A stretch of DNA of 62,415 bases, filler included, from Platydemus manokwari (Eukaryota): NCBI GenBank assembly GCA_037951405.1. It is 6 parts of 6 records of this genome, joined end to end, with 100 filler letters (N's around TTAATTAATTAA, not from the genome) between each part and the next. Parts side by side here need not be neighbours in the genome. Positions count along the whole stretch, not along the records: positions 1 to 9,785 come from JBBMOY011204877.1; positions 9,886 to 20,864 come from JBBMOY011002192.1; 4 more parts are not named here. One strand, 5' to 3'. The notes below the pieces were generated by a model that saw nothing but the letters and a program-made list of their open reading frames with translations, searched no databases and had not been told where the DNA came from. Every line of letters starts with the position of its first letter. The stretch's first letter is position 1. A program made the position numbers and the translations under genes. Positions 1 to 18,650 of the stretch are shown piece by piece.

Positions 1-811
1 AATATTCGGTACAAATGAAGACACTTATTGAATAATAATAATTAATTTAGATAATTATATTACTAATTTTAAAGATTGATAAATTCCAAAAAAAATTGAA
101 AAATATATTTCTTATTTTTTATCAATATAAAATCAATAAGAAATGGCATAAGTTTTCACTTGTTTTGCTAAACTACCCTGAACTATAAACAATATATTTG
201 TATACCTAAAAATTCATTCACAGAAAAATCAATATCAATATTATTCTCAAATAAGCTCTGAAAATGTTTCATAAATCTAAAAAGATTTTTTTAATTAGAT
301 TACTCATTGATTTTCTAACATTGATGTCGAAAATTGGATTTTTTGAAGACTAACCAATAAAACTATAAAAATAAATTGTAACCAACGAGATCGATGAAAT
401 ATATTAAAATAAATTTTGGAAACTGGAAAAGTAAATGTTAAAAATAACAATCGAGAAAATAATTATAGATCAATAAAGAAAAAACATTTATTAATCAGGA
501 TTGATTAATAAACAATAGCTTCATAAATATTCATAGATTATCGAAATCATGTTAATGAGCTCCAGCCTAAATATTTCAAATAAATCTCGTCAGTTAGCGG
601 TTGTAAAAACAGTTGATTGAATACCGGTATCAGAAACAGAAACTACTGACGAATCAATGTCATAATTACTAAAAGATGATTGGGGAAATTCAATCAAAAA
701 TACATCTGAATAAACTATGTGAGTTGTCAGAAAATTGAGTGAATATATATATATATATATATATTGATCGAAAATCCAGCAGTACTATTAATAGCATAGG
801 TCAGTCATTTT

Positions 812-6463
<5,652 letters not shown>

Positions 6464-7839
6464 TGATCAAATTTACGCGATAATTAGAGAATCATATTTA
6501 AGCAAATAAACAAAAATTGACCTTGAAAAATACTAAGATATAACAAGAATATTGAATTTTTTTCATTTCACTCTAAATATTTGATAATCAACTTTTTAAA
6601 AGAATCAAGTGAGTTTAAGCTGTAAATAAAACACTTGATTGTTTATAGAAAACCATGAAATTTGTTCATTTTTTAAAATATATCTATGTCCAAGCTTTAG
6701 AGTAAGATTGATATTTATTTAATATACGCACTTTAACCAGTAATAACAATCGCTTATCTTTCTTTACAATTTGGAGACCTATATTGAATACGATTTCATA
6801 TAAATACCATAAAGATAAAGTGTAAGTCGATAATCCTATTTTCTATCACATTCACTTGGCATAAATAAATATTTTTTAAATATTATAGCAGACACAAATA
6901 AAGTTCTTTTACTCGAATACTTTGCAAAGAATTCTTAACTTTATTTAAAATTTGTTTTTCACATAAACATTTTATGATAGAATTTATTGACCTTGATCTT
7001 GAGAAAATCAATAACAGATCTCATTTAAACAGCAAATATTTTCTTATTATTATATACCAAACATTGTTACTGTTGCAGAAAATTAGTCAACAACTGTTAT
7101 TTACTTGGAACTAGAAAACATGTGTTAAACAATTGCTGATAGAAAAGATAATATTGCGGTATTTTTTTCAATTACAGGCAGAAAACCATAAGAATAAATT
7201 GTCATTTATGATTAGCTAACAAAAATGTGCTGAGATTAAATGTGGTTACATTGTCGTACACGCCAGTTGAAGTACGTCAAAGAAAAATCTGTTAACACAA
7301 AAACTCAAATTTTAACGTATAAAATTCTGAATAATCATCATACACGTGAACATCATTTTAAATCTCTATCAAATCACCAATAAAATTGGTTGTTTAAAAC
7401 CAGCGTGAAATTGACACTAAACGATAGTACCAAATTACTCTAATGCCTACACAAATACCATTATTTCAGGGTAAAGAACAAGTTAAATCCAATAAAAATT
7501 ATTTAAAATAAAATATCTTTCAACTTGAAAACTTGTAAAACAAAACCAATGTTTTATTCACAACAATAATCAATTAATTGCTTCCGATTTTCTGGAAAAT
7601 TGCCACCATATATTATTAAATATTCAAAAGTATCTATAACAAGGAAAATCTTACGCACCCAGCATAAAAATGTGTCAAATGTATATATGTATCTAATATA
7701 TGTATATATGTTCACAAATCGATCGATTCTCATCAAAAATAAATGTCAGAAATAAACCAATATGAAAAGGATAAAAAACTTGAAAAATATATAATATATG
7801 ATATATCAATGAAACCCAGAAATTTTACAGAATCACATG

Positions 7840-7890
7840 TATACACACACACATATACACACATACATACATACACACATATATATGTAT
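7840..7890. repeat. (CA/TA)n microsatellite
   Basis: Directly visible. Confidence 0.85.
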
Positions 7891-7962
7891 TCATATTATT
7901 GAGAAATGAAATGATCCAATATTATCGAACAGTGTGAAGCATAAATATTGTTACTATTATAA

Positions 7963-8172
7963 TTAAAATCCATCGTTTGGCATATTTGCATCAAATATAC
8001 ATACTTCTATCTGAAAATATCACGACGGTTAAAGATCACATGAATATCACACAAATTCAATGTCACTCACCACACGAAGACCACGCTCCATTGGATTGAT
8101 TATCATGAGGTTCCTGGGAACAAAAACCTTATCATTGAGGTTTTGTATGAGCAAACAGAGTTCCTTCATGCA
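7963..8172 (-). CDS. GOLGA7: Golgin A7 / GCP16 / Erf4 (DHHC9 palmitoyltransferase cofactor), last two exons; 5' exons not found
   Basis: Exons 8172-8071 and 8010-7963 with a 60-nt GTGAGT...TTTCAG intron give [49 protein letters not shown], matching the GOLGA7 C-terminus ([30 protein letters not shown]). Not in the ORF track. Confidence 0.9.
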
Positions 8173-9785
8173 CTATATTAAAATACATACTGTAAGAAAT
8201 AGGTTATTAATATTCGAAATAAACATTGACATTAGGCTTATTTAGAACACATGCCCTGGCATGCTGATATAGAATCGATATCCTATCGAAACAAGTGCTC
8301 GGCAGTAAGCTGCAATGAAAAGTAAGTCAAGTTTCAATGCCTTTGAATCCATAGATGAGACAATTGCAGAATGGTGCATTTTAAGAAAGGAATTTATAGA
8401 TTATTTGTCGGGATTGTCAAGTCTTGTGGGTCAATTCAATCGATATTGCAATGAGTTTATTTGTAGACATATCTCATCATTAACAATTACAAAAATGTGA
8501 GTTTGTGTATTAATAAATAAATTATTCTATTTTTATCCATTTTATTTTTAAAATCCAATTACATCACCAGAGAAACGTTTTATAGGAATACATCCAGAGT
8601 AAAATCGACATACAAAAATATAACATAGATATATAATCAAGAATAATTATTATATTTCACATGTTAAAAGTTTAAACGCATAGAAATTATCTTGTAGTTG
8701 CGGAATCGATTTAATTTATTATTGTGGTAATGTTTGTTATAAAATCTATCATTATTATTATTATTTATAACAATCAAGTAATGATTTATAAAATGTTTTG
8801 CTATCATAGTACAGATCATTTCGATCTTAGTGAAAACTTTTTGTTTAATGGTTCAAATGATGTTGATGTCTTAATTGTTACACAGTAGAATTAAATTAAT
8901 TTTACATTTCTATCGCTCGGTTAATTTTGGGCAAAAATATTTATAAATGAAACGTGTTCATTTATAATAAAAATTTTGATTTATGATTTCCATATATGTT
9001 ATCAATTAATATTAGGATTAATTTGGGAAATATTGATTTGTCCGATAAATTTATTTAATACTTGTCTGTATGAGATCAATATATAATTGAATCGGAGACA
9101 TCAAATAACGAAAATTATAAATGATAAATATTATTGTCAATCAGATTTTAATCTGAGATAATATTATTTCCACAATAATCATAGAGCCAATCATTATCGT
9201 TTCAATTTAATAAATTAGCAATTCTATGAATGCCAAATTTCAAAAATAATAAAAAATGAATTTAAACATTCAACAATCGATAACAGACATACATTGACAC
9301 AGAAAACCCATCTATTTAAAAGAATAAAATCGTGAATGTTGATAATTTAATCTCAAATATATAATAATATCCCATATATATAATATTTCATCATCAATTA
9401 CGGTTTATCACCAGATGAATAGGAAAACAAATACAAATAATCGTTATAAGCAGACATCTGGAATATATTGATGGCAATTAGAATATACACACCATTGAGT
9501 CAATGATGAGATTAATGTACAATAATGTCAAATAATTACAGATAGCATCATTAATAAAATATATTCATAGTGAAATAATGATTGGCAAATTATAATCAAT
9601 ATTAAATATAAATTTATGAGAAATTTATCAATCCATTAATATCAATTGATTCATATTACTGATAATTTAACATTGACATTTAATCACAATATACATACAC
9701 TGTTAATAATACACTGATTGGGATAAGATAATAAAATCAAAATCTGTTCGTGGTGAAGTGATTATTAATGTGACCTTAGAAACTT

Positions 9786-9885
9786 NNNNNNNNNNNNNNN
9801 NNNNNNNNNNNNNNNNNNNNNNNNNNNNNTTAATTAATTAANNNNNNNNNNNNNNNNNNNNNNNNNNNNNNNNNNNNNNNNNNNN
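9786..9885. other. Assembly gap with TTAATTAATTAA linker
   Basis: 44 N + TTAATTAATTAA (stops in all six frames) + 44 N. Confidence 0.99.
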
Positions 9886-9992
9886 TTATCATTATTAATA
9901 TTATTAATATTATTATTATTAATATTATTAAATTTTATATTAATCATAAATGCTAATGATAATAAAAACAATAACTGTTAACAATAAAATAC

Positions 9993-12900
9993 CTTGTACT
10001 CTCTATTATTCACCATTGCTCCTAGTGTATATCTCGATATTTTTCCTGATCTTGTTCTTGGAATGTCAGGTACAATGACTACATTTCTGAATAAATTGAA
10101 CTTTCCTATTGCTCTGGTAACTAATTCAATAGTTTGATCGATCACTTCAACATCACTTACAATTCGACCTTTTTTCTTAACTATGAATGCAAATGGAACT
10201 TGACCTTGAAATTATAAGAGAAGTGATGTGATAATCAAAATGATATTAAATGAATTAAAATAATTGTTGATTCTTGGTGCGTAATTTATAATATAAAATT
10301 AAATTTGTAAGAAAAACTTTGGCCGACTTTTATTTCATTGAAAGATTATTGATGTGTTAAATATTGATCAGTGTCATGTAACTACTGTACTCGGTGATGA
10401 ACCGCTAATTAGACTGAATGAAAGGTTAAATTAGACTGTATTTCGATTTAATAATTCGTAAAGGTTCTTGTTTCTCAACTAGTTACATTTGGAGGATCTA
10501 ATTCATGAAATAAGTTGTTAAAGATTTGTAAATATTTTCTCTAAATTTTATATTATCAGTAACAGTCACATCGTTACTATTTGCAGACATAATATTTATT
10601 TAAAAATCTAAACTAATCCACCAATCGATTATTTAAACAAATATAACACTGCTCTTTCAGGTAGCTGTTATCATATCTTGTCCCGTCCTGATGACTCTTC
10701 CAGCTACCTCTTTCGATTGATGCTGAAATGGTGAACTGAATTCTTGTTAGATTTCCAATTTTGAACATGCCTCTTCCTTAAAATTGCATTCAAATTGTTC
10801 CCCGTTATCGGATTGAATGCTCTTTGGCTTTCCAAAACGGTAACTGAACGAGTTAAAGATGACCTGGAAGACTGTCTTTTCGTCTTGCTTAAATGTAGCA
10901 ATGAGGCTCACGAATATGTCCATAATGCCTACTAGATAATTCCTGTTACTATGCACCGTGTCATTTTAAGCAAAGAACACCACGACCTGTTTGTGAAACT
11001 CAAAACCTAACTGAGGAAGTAAAAACAGCTTAGTTATGGATTCACCAATCTTTCTCTTTTCACAGATAATACATACTTTCAATATCACTATGATGGTATT
11101 GAAAATGTCGGGCTAATAAAAACTTTGGTCTAAATATGTAAACCTTCTTGGAGTCTAAGTGGAAGAGTTCCTGTGAATTGTCTTGACAAATTGAGTGGCA
11201 AAACTTTCAGAATTATAGCAACTAAATCTTCCTCTTTCGCCAGCATCAGCGTATTGTCGACAACCTTAAGCGTTGCTATGATTCTCTACTTTGCTCTATC
11301 TTAAATTTAAATCGTATTCTGACCCCGTTCGCCACCCATGCTAAAAAATGTGCAATTTTAAAACCTCGAACGTAGTTTGACTTGCTAATATCACTCTTGC
11401 ATGGACTTTTTACTCCTATTCCGAGCAGGATTTATATCACATCTTCAAGTTTTGCTTCTAATAATTATAAATTAATAGCCACTCTTCTGTATCTCCAAAT
11501 ACTTTGTAGCCTCATTTGAATTTCTTCCATCGAATTTTTGAATATTGAAATTAAGGACTTCCTGTGATTGTTTCAGCAAGCTGTCACGTGGCTGCTTCCT
11601 CTGCTGATTACTTTGATTTGTATGGCGTGGTAGCCAGTTACATCAGAGACATTCGCACACATAATATTTATTATTTAAAAAGCTAAACTAATCGACCAAT
11701 CAATTAATTAAACAAATATAACATGTTTGTTATTTAACCACGTTACTGCAACCATATGTTTTTCCAGGCCCCTATCGGATTAGTCATTACAGTACCGACT
11801 TCAACTACAATCTCTAGCTGCATAATAAATGAGTTATACCGATTTATTACAACCGATAAATTATCAATTATTTTATTTTAATAACAATTTATCGATTAAA
11901 TTATTAATTAAGGATTTTAATGTATTTTTTGAAACTTTTTCTGGTGATTTGAATTTCAATCTCGTTAACCAATCGCTTAGATTTATGGTCTCATTTGGAG
12001 CTAAGAAATGATGGATTAAGCAGTGATGAAAACCAAGATTATTTTGCATTATATTCCAATATCAACCTAAAAAAATACAATTCTATTTGAAAGAATTCTT
12101 TATTTTCTCTCTTATAATGAAGGCTTCGCATTAGTGTTACCTTGTTCTCTTGTTAGAACAACACCAAACAAAACCATTTCAAAATTTAAATAAATTTTTT
12201 GATAAATTTTCTTACCATTAATTTCATCGTCTAATGGTACAACTGCTGCTTCTATTACGTTTTCGTTCTGTAAACATATCTCCTCCAATGCTCCTCCAGA
12301 AACTCGAGCTGCACAAACTTGTATTATGTCATCAGCACGTGACAATATCTTCAATTGTCTATCATTTGTCAACACAGCATAATCCATGGTATCGTAATAT
12401 CCCTATAAGAAATATCATCAATTGCTTTCATCATTCTATTATTGAAAGCTATTTGTTTTCTAGTTAGAATGTTTGTCTTGGAAATGTGCAAAAAATAGGA
12501 TGATGAATTTTAAATAACGATTTTTAATTGATTGGATATAAGAAAAGAATGTGTCAAATAATATAAAATTGAAATGAAAATAAAAAATGAAATTTTTTTT
12601 CTACTAAGACTTTTTGATGTTTATACACCATTATACTTCTTGTACACCATTAGAAGGCCCATCCTATTCTCTACACGAATAAAATAACTTTTATTGCTTT
12701 AATTATTTTTTATCTTTTTTAGAGCCGTCAAATGGATTGTCAATAAACTAAAAATCTATACGTCTTTCTTTTTGCCTTTAATGAGGTCGAAAAACGAGTG
12801 AAGCTATCACAGATATTTGTGCAAAATATAGTTGAGAGATCTTCTTGGATTGGTTTGCCCTGTTTAAACACGATAAACTCGACCTTAACGACGTTCATCA

Positions 12901-15900
12901 TTTCAGAATACCTATAGAGATAAACCAACTCGAAGATTCTTTGACGGATGATAGCCACTAGACATGCAGAGAATTAAGAGAAAAGATGAATTGTGATTTT
13001 CAGACAATTTCTGTCGATGGTTTTCACTCAAAAGCTTGTATTTTGGGTTCCGCGTGAACTTATTTAAAAACACGAGGATAAGCAGATAATTGATCGAAGC
13101 GTTAATAATTTGCTGTTGAAAATCTTTGATTTCTATGATAATAAATGTTCAACAAACTGCGGAAACTTATGGAACAACCTAATTATTGTGTACTCTTTGT
13201 CATAACAATGGTCAAACACAGCTTATAAAAACAAAATAATAAATACCAAGTACATTATGAAAATAAACGATTAACAATAGGAAAACTACGAATTGATATT
13301 TAATTCGAGGTAAGATCCGTCTAAAACTTTAATGGTAATGAAGACAAGGCCTTTACGAACAACATGGGGATGTTAATGTTATTTGATCCAATAAATATGC
13401 ATCAATTCAGTGTTTTTAACAATCTTACAAAATTAAACAATAAAAAGCTTACAGGATATCTTTGGAAATATGTTCTCAAAAATCTTTCGTGATCTTTGTA
13501 GAACGAAATGGCCATTGAAGGAACCCAAGGTTTTTTCAGAAGTAATTTTCCAGGACTTTCGTTTGGTAAAATCTCACCTGTTATATCGTCTACAATTATT
13601 GGAATCATATTTGGTAAAAGAACACAGTCATTGTAATGATCTCTCTTAAATCCAAATCCAGGCGATGCTGCTGTAGCACCGATTTCTGTTTGAGCCCACA
13701 CATCGTATACGGAGCATTTGAAAGATTTTGATATCCATTGTGTTGTCTCTGTATCAATTAATTCACCTAAATTATGTAAAAATCAATACTAGAGCATAGG
13801 GGTGGTTGGATAGGTATATATGAAAATTTTAGTGTTATAAAATTAAAAACCAATCACAAAGATATTCCAAAGACCTTTGAAATAACACTTCCTTAGAACA
13901 CCAATAGTGAAATAGTTTTATAATACAAAATGTCATAAATTTTCATTTTATGTCTCTCACTTTTAATATTCTACTAACGATAAATATGCTATAATCCAAT
14001 ATTATGTTAACAATTTTGACTCCAATCATCATACGTGAATCCCGATAATTTTGCAAACCATTTGTGAAACTGTGGATTATGTGATCATTGGAAGTTACAA
14101 ACATTTCATCAAATAAATAATGTTTAAAATGAATATTAAATTCATGGACATCTAAAAGTTCCTTTCTAGTAAGAAAATATTTCTTTTCTTTACTATCAAG
14201 CGTTTAGTCACCAATGCAACCAATTTCTCATTTCCTCTCTTTAGAATCAGGAAAGCACAAATTGCTCCTTATTTTTTATCAATACCCGATAACATCTCTT
14301 TTTAGTGTTGGAAAAGCTAGAATCGTTGCCATTCATAATCTCTCCTTTGGTTTATGAAAAATTTAGATTTTTTGGTTCTTTCAATTCTCCTCTTATTTTA
14401 GGACATATCAGTGAGCAGTTAATATAGTATCATAGGATAAATCTGATTTATTTCTTTCTTAAATATTCCTGGTCTTGTCGATATTGGTTTCTTTAGCTTT
14501 TTAACCAATTATATGACGTAAGAAATTTAATTTCTTATTACCAAATACACGTCTTTCTGGTTGATAATCACCCGAAAACGGATTGAGTTGTGCTCGATTG
14601 TCTATAAATGTTCTTCCATAAAAATATTGTAGGAATAAACAAAAACGCCTTTGTAAATCCAGTTTCTAAATATTCATCTCTGAAAAGTTGCTGGATGGAT
14701 AAAAATTCTAAAAAAATAATCTATTAAAACAAAACTGTTTATTCTATGTACTGAAAGTGATTTTCAACTTTGAATCGTTCTTAAGCTTGATTTGACAGCG
14801 CACATGACCCAAATCTATCGTTGCAATAACCTATAACTATAATCTCATTAAATGATTTCAGTAACACCTGAATATCTGGCACCGAAAAAGCAAATTTCTC
14901 GAATTTTATTTCAATTTCCAAAGATCTAGGTACATTGCTACTTTTCATCTTTCCAAACCATCAGCACGTTGTAGGACACTATTTTCTAAAAGGATTCTCT
15001 CACACATTTCAAATTGTTTTTTGTACATTTATTGGCTGTTATTTGGGATTTTGTGCAATCCAATTTCCCTTTCGTTGGAATTTTGTACTTGATCAGGTTT
15101 GTTAATTCTTGTTTGAATCCAGAAGCTATAAATATCAAACCACATTTCCGGATACAATTTCTCAATGAAATATCATTGGCAATAGCAATACTTTTCATAG
15201 CTATTTCAATTCTGTCTTCATTACTATTGTCTTTGATGTCTTCATTTCTGACATCAATTGTTTTCATTTTTGCTAGAACTACTCCGCCTATCTATATCAT
15301 ATCAACTCCACCAATAAAATCTGGTAAGATTTCTTTTATCTCAATAATGTCCATCAAAGATTATTTTATTTCATATAATATTTTCCACATAATATTCAAC
15401 GTTAAAAGAAAAACTTTTATCGATTTAACATAATACCATTAAATATGAGCATTCCATTACGTTCTCAGCTACGTTTACTCATTAGCGTTCTTGATGCGGC
15501 AGAATCTTATAACATTTTGAGATTGGTTCTATTTGATTCTACCACGATCAATTGTCTACCATCTACCTCCTGATTCACTTGAAAACAAGTCTTAATATGT
15601 GTCACGTCTCACCCATCCATAGTCACTCTATCATTTGGCTTTAACCATCAACTCGTTGTCTAACAACTGACAATCTCAAAACTTTGACATTTGAAAAAGT
15701 GCAAGAAATAAGAGACCCCAACTGCATCATTGGACAAAACCTTTTACTTATGACTAAATCTCTGACGTCATATATTTTTATTATTTCGAAACTAATTCAA
15801 AACACTTAATCAAATGCCTCAGATATTTTTATTATTGTTAGTTAATCTCAAATAAGAATTTGACCTCCAATAAAAATAGTTCTCAAATTTTCAAAAAGAG

Positions 15901-18029
15901 GTTCCAAATCCATTTCAGTACAATTATTTCTCAACATTCTCATGAATGTGGGTGCTGATACAAAAGTTACCACTTTATTTCGATTCATTGTTCTCACAAT
16001 TTCACCCGCATCTAGAGTTGATACTGGTTTGCCCTGGAAATATTTTTATCAATTCCATCATATATGAACAACTATTGATAGAACTTCATAAATAATTGTT
16101 GTGCTTCTTGACAGCAATACACAATAGCTCAATAACGTTTGACCTGTAATCCATCCAAAATCGCTAAACATCCAGAAACATTCTCGATGTTTCAAGCCAT
16201 AAACGTATTTCATAGCATATTTGTTTGACACAACAGAATTTCCTGTGCCTATCATTAAGCCCTTTGGTTCACCTGGTGCCAGAATAAAAATTTCAAAAAT
16301 TAATGTACGAATAAAATGCTTTACCAGTAGTTCCAGATGTATAAATGATGAACATAGGATGATTCGATTCTACCGGTACATGGAGTTGAGGTCGTGCCAA
16401 TCGCATTTCAACATTCCATTCCAAATCTCTTTTATCGATCATTTTAGCAAGCTCGCTATTTGGTCTGTTGTAAACGATACAATAATCTGGAATAAATTCG
16501 CTCATTTCGATAGCCAAATCTATGATAGCTTTGTAATTTATGACTTGAGATTGTTCGAAACCGACATTACTGGTAAGAATCAATCTTGGCTAAATCATAA
16601 AATAGTATTTCAAATCGATAATATATGATTTTTATAACTCAGATTTATAGTTATCAAGTTATTGGAACAAAGAGAAATCATCAATTTACTGTATGTTATA
16701 TGGTTAGGTAATCTAATGAATATCATGTCAATCAATAGTTGTCAATGAATCCGCTCTTTAGACAAACAGGAAATCCACATGTCAATAAATGATAAAAAAA
16801 ACCTAAAACATGTTAACGCCTAGAATAAATTCAAAGAGAGTCAAATTATGAATTATTTTTGTACAGAAATCATCATTATTTATCAATCTTTTTTATGGCT
16901 CGATTTGCATGGTGATTGAGTTCTCTAATTTCATAAATTTTTCATATTTGTTTAAATTCATATCATTTTTTTAAGTGCTATATTGGTACAGAAAAGTTAA
17001 GAAAAGAAATTTTTAAGTTTATCTGACACATTTATAAATTTCTTTTCACGAGAAATAATCAGAGATGAATTCAAATTCCATTGGTCAAATAATTGACAGT
17101 AGAGGACCGAATGACATGTTGTTGAGGCATAAGTCACATACAAAAGCTTAACCAATAATATTGGAAAATCGAAATTCAATAAATAAGGTTTCATTGGATT
17201 ACTTATTGATTATAATGCGGTCTTTGAGAAACAAACAGTATTGGAAATCATTAATAGAGATGAGTGCTTAATTAGTTTATACTGAGAATGATCTCTTGGA
17301 AATATCAATAAATCAATCAGTAAATGTTAGCTCTTATCATATATAAATGAGGATCGCTTAGCTCATTTTATTTCCCCTTTAACGGTAGCTCAGTAAATAA
17401 TAAATCGATAAAAAACAATCTCATATTTTGTTGAAAAATCGAACTTGTAGGTGTTTGATTCTTGATGAAATAGCTTTTGAAGAGAATCCTCCAAATGTTG
17501 CCGAATAGATGGCTCCTATTCTTGTACAAGCCAACATTGCAATCAAACATTGAGGAATCATAGGAAAATATAGTAAAACAATGTCACCCTTTTTCATTCC
17601 ACATTTATCAACCATCACACCAGCTAATAATTCGACCTGAATTGATTACATGAAAACATGATTGGAAATATTATTGATCGATTTACTGATTCAAGAAGGT
17701 GTTTATAAGTGATTTTTTCAGTAGTATTTGTCACTGGACTTTCATGAATGACAGCCACATCATTTCCATATCCTTCTTCAATAGCTCTATCTAAGCAATT
17801 GTATGACATATTGATCTCTCCTCCTACAAACCTGTCATATCAAAGATTCAATTCAATTTTATTAATGATATTCAAACTTGATTTACCACTTCATAGGGAT
17901 CGAATCTTTATTTTCCAGCACACTGGTGTACGGCTTGTCCCAAACTACTTCTTGGGCGACCTCATCCCAAAATTTTTCTGGTTGAGAATTACTTAATTCA
18001 TATAATTCATCATAATCTAACTTCAACAT
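9993..18029 (-). CDS. ACSS3: Acyl-CoA synthetase short-chain family member 3-like (9 exons, 605 codons; terminal exon missing at the gap)
   Basis: Exons 18029-17887, 17831-17687, 17636-17445, 16589-16325, 16272-16085, 16033-15865, 13766-13453, 12402-12216, 10204-9993; all GT-AG and in phase. Motifs [56 protein letters not shown] (ACSS3/PrpE-type), PRTRSGKI. Confidence 0.93.
10565..11723 (-). mobile_element. Internally deleted Ty3/Gypsy LTR element with two short (~85 bp) LTRs, in ACSS3 intron 8
   Basis: Diverged direct repeats 11637-11723 and 10565-10648, both beginning TGTTATATTTG on the minus strand; TGG PBS-like site after the 5' LTR; integrase HHCC remnant (CIICEKRK) and core ([19 protein letters not shown] 10747-10956). 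Confidence 0.8.
12732..13090 (+). mobile_element. mariner transposase pseudogene (N-terminal half) in ACSS3 intron 7
   Basis: MDCQ*...FLFAFN...[12 protein letters not shown]...WVPREL (mariner WVPHEL motif at 13044); stops and frameshifts present. Confidence 0.8.
14000..15450 (-). mobile_element. Degenerate Ty3/Gypsy pol remnant in ACSS3 intron 6
   Basis: FIGGVD (protease end), [13 protein letters not shown] (RT start), TLDSKEKK and HYLF...[12 protein letters not shown] (RNase H) in canonical order with many breaks. Confidence 0.6.
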
Positions 18030-18279
18030 GATTATCAATAATTTTCAATCGATTTATGATTTAAAACCAAATAAATTGATTCAAATAAACAAAATGCTAT
18101 TGGTTAAATAAAATAAATAAGATTGAATAAGTTCATTATATTTATAATTTTCAAAATTAAATCATTATTTAAATATAAATTTTATATGAAAATATTAAAT
18201 TATAAACTTTCACTTTACTTTTACCTTCTGATAACACAATCAATAAAAAAATTAAATTCATACGAAACTGATCATTTTA

Positions 18280-18650
18280 TTAAATATAGCCCTATCTGTA
18301 TGAGGTATTGCAGTAATAGACAGAAGGAAATTCTTGACTGATATCACAAAATTGTATCAAAATCCAATCTTTGTTTGACAGTGAGTGTTTTAGCCTTGAC
18401 TACAGAATTGTGTTCTCCATTGTCTGTCCATTTTCATTTTCAAATTATTATCTAGCTTCAAAGTTGTGAATTCCAATCCTTGATTTGATCTTTCTTATGG
18501 TCAAGCAGTCTCTATGTATTTTGTAAATAAATAACAAAATTTGATGTCCTCTTATAAGTTCATTTTCACCTAACGCAATGGTCTGAATTGTATATCAGAT
18601 ATTGATTTCAAATATAATGAACCTATTTTGCTCTTAAATTCAGAAGCATC
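18280..18650 (-). mobile_element. Possible LTR integrase remnant
   Basis: ENGQ...RLKHSLSNKDW...ITAIPH resembles the Gypsy integrase NGQxER...W...TPH stretch; heavily decayed. Confidence 0.3.

Noticed and set aside
8060-8500. Plus-strand ORFs 8060-8245 and 8315-8500 as a spliced gene
   Set aside because: The first is antisense to a GOLGA7 exon; no convincing in-phase model or homology for the second.
8563-8640. YIFVCRFYSG as GOLGA7 exon 1
   Set aside because: No start codon in frame and no matching exon 2 between it and 8172.
9830-9841. TTAATTAATTAA recurring five times as a possible biological motif
   Set aside because: Always centred in 44N-12-44N; an artificial six-frame-stop scaffold linker.
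15014-15433. Hydrophobic 139-aa ORF resembling a membrane protein
   Set aside because: Antisense of an A-rich Gypsy pol remnant.
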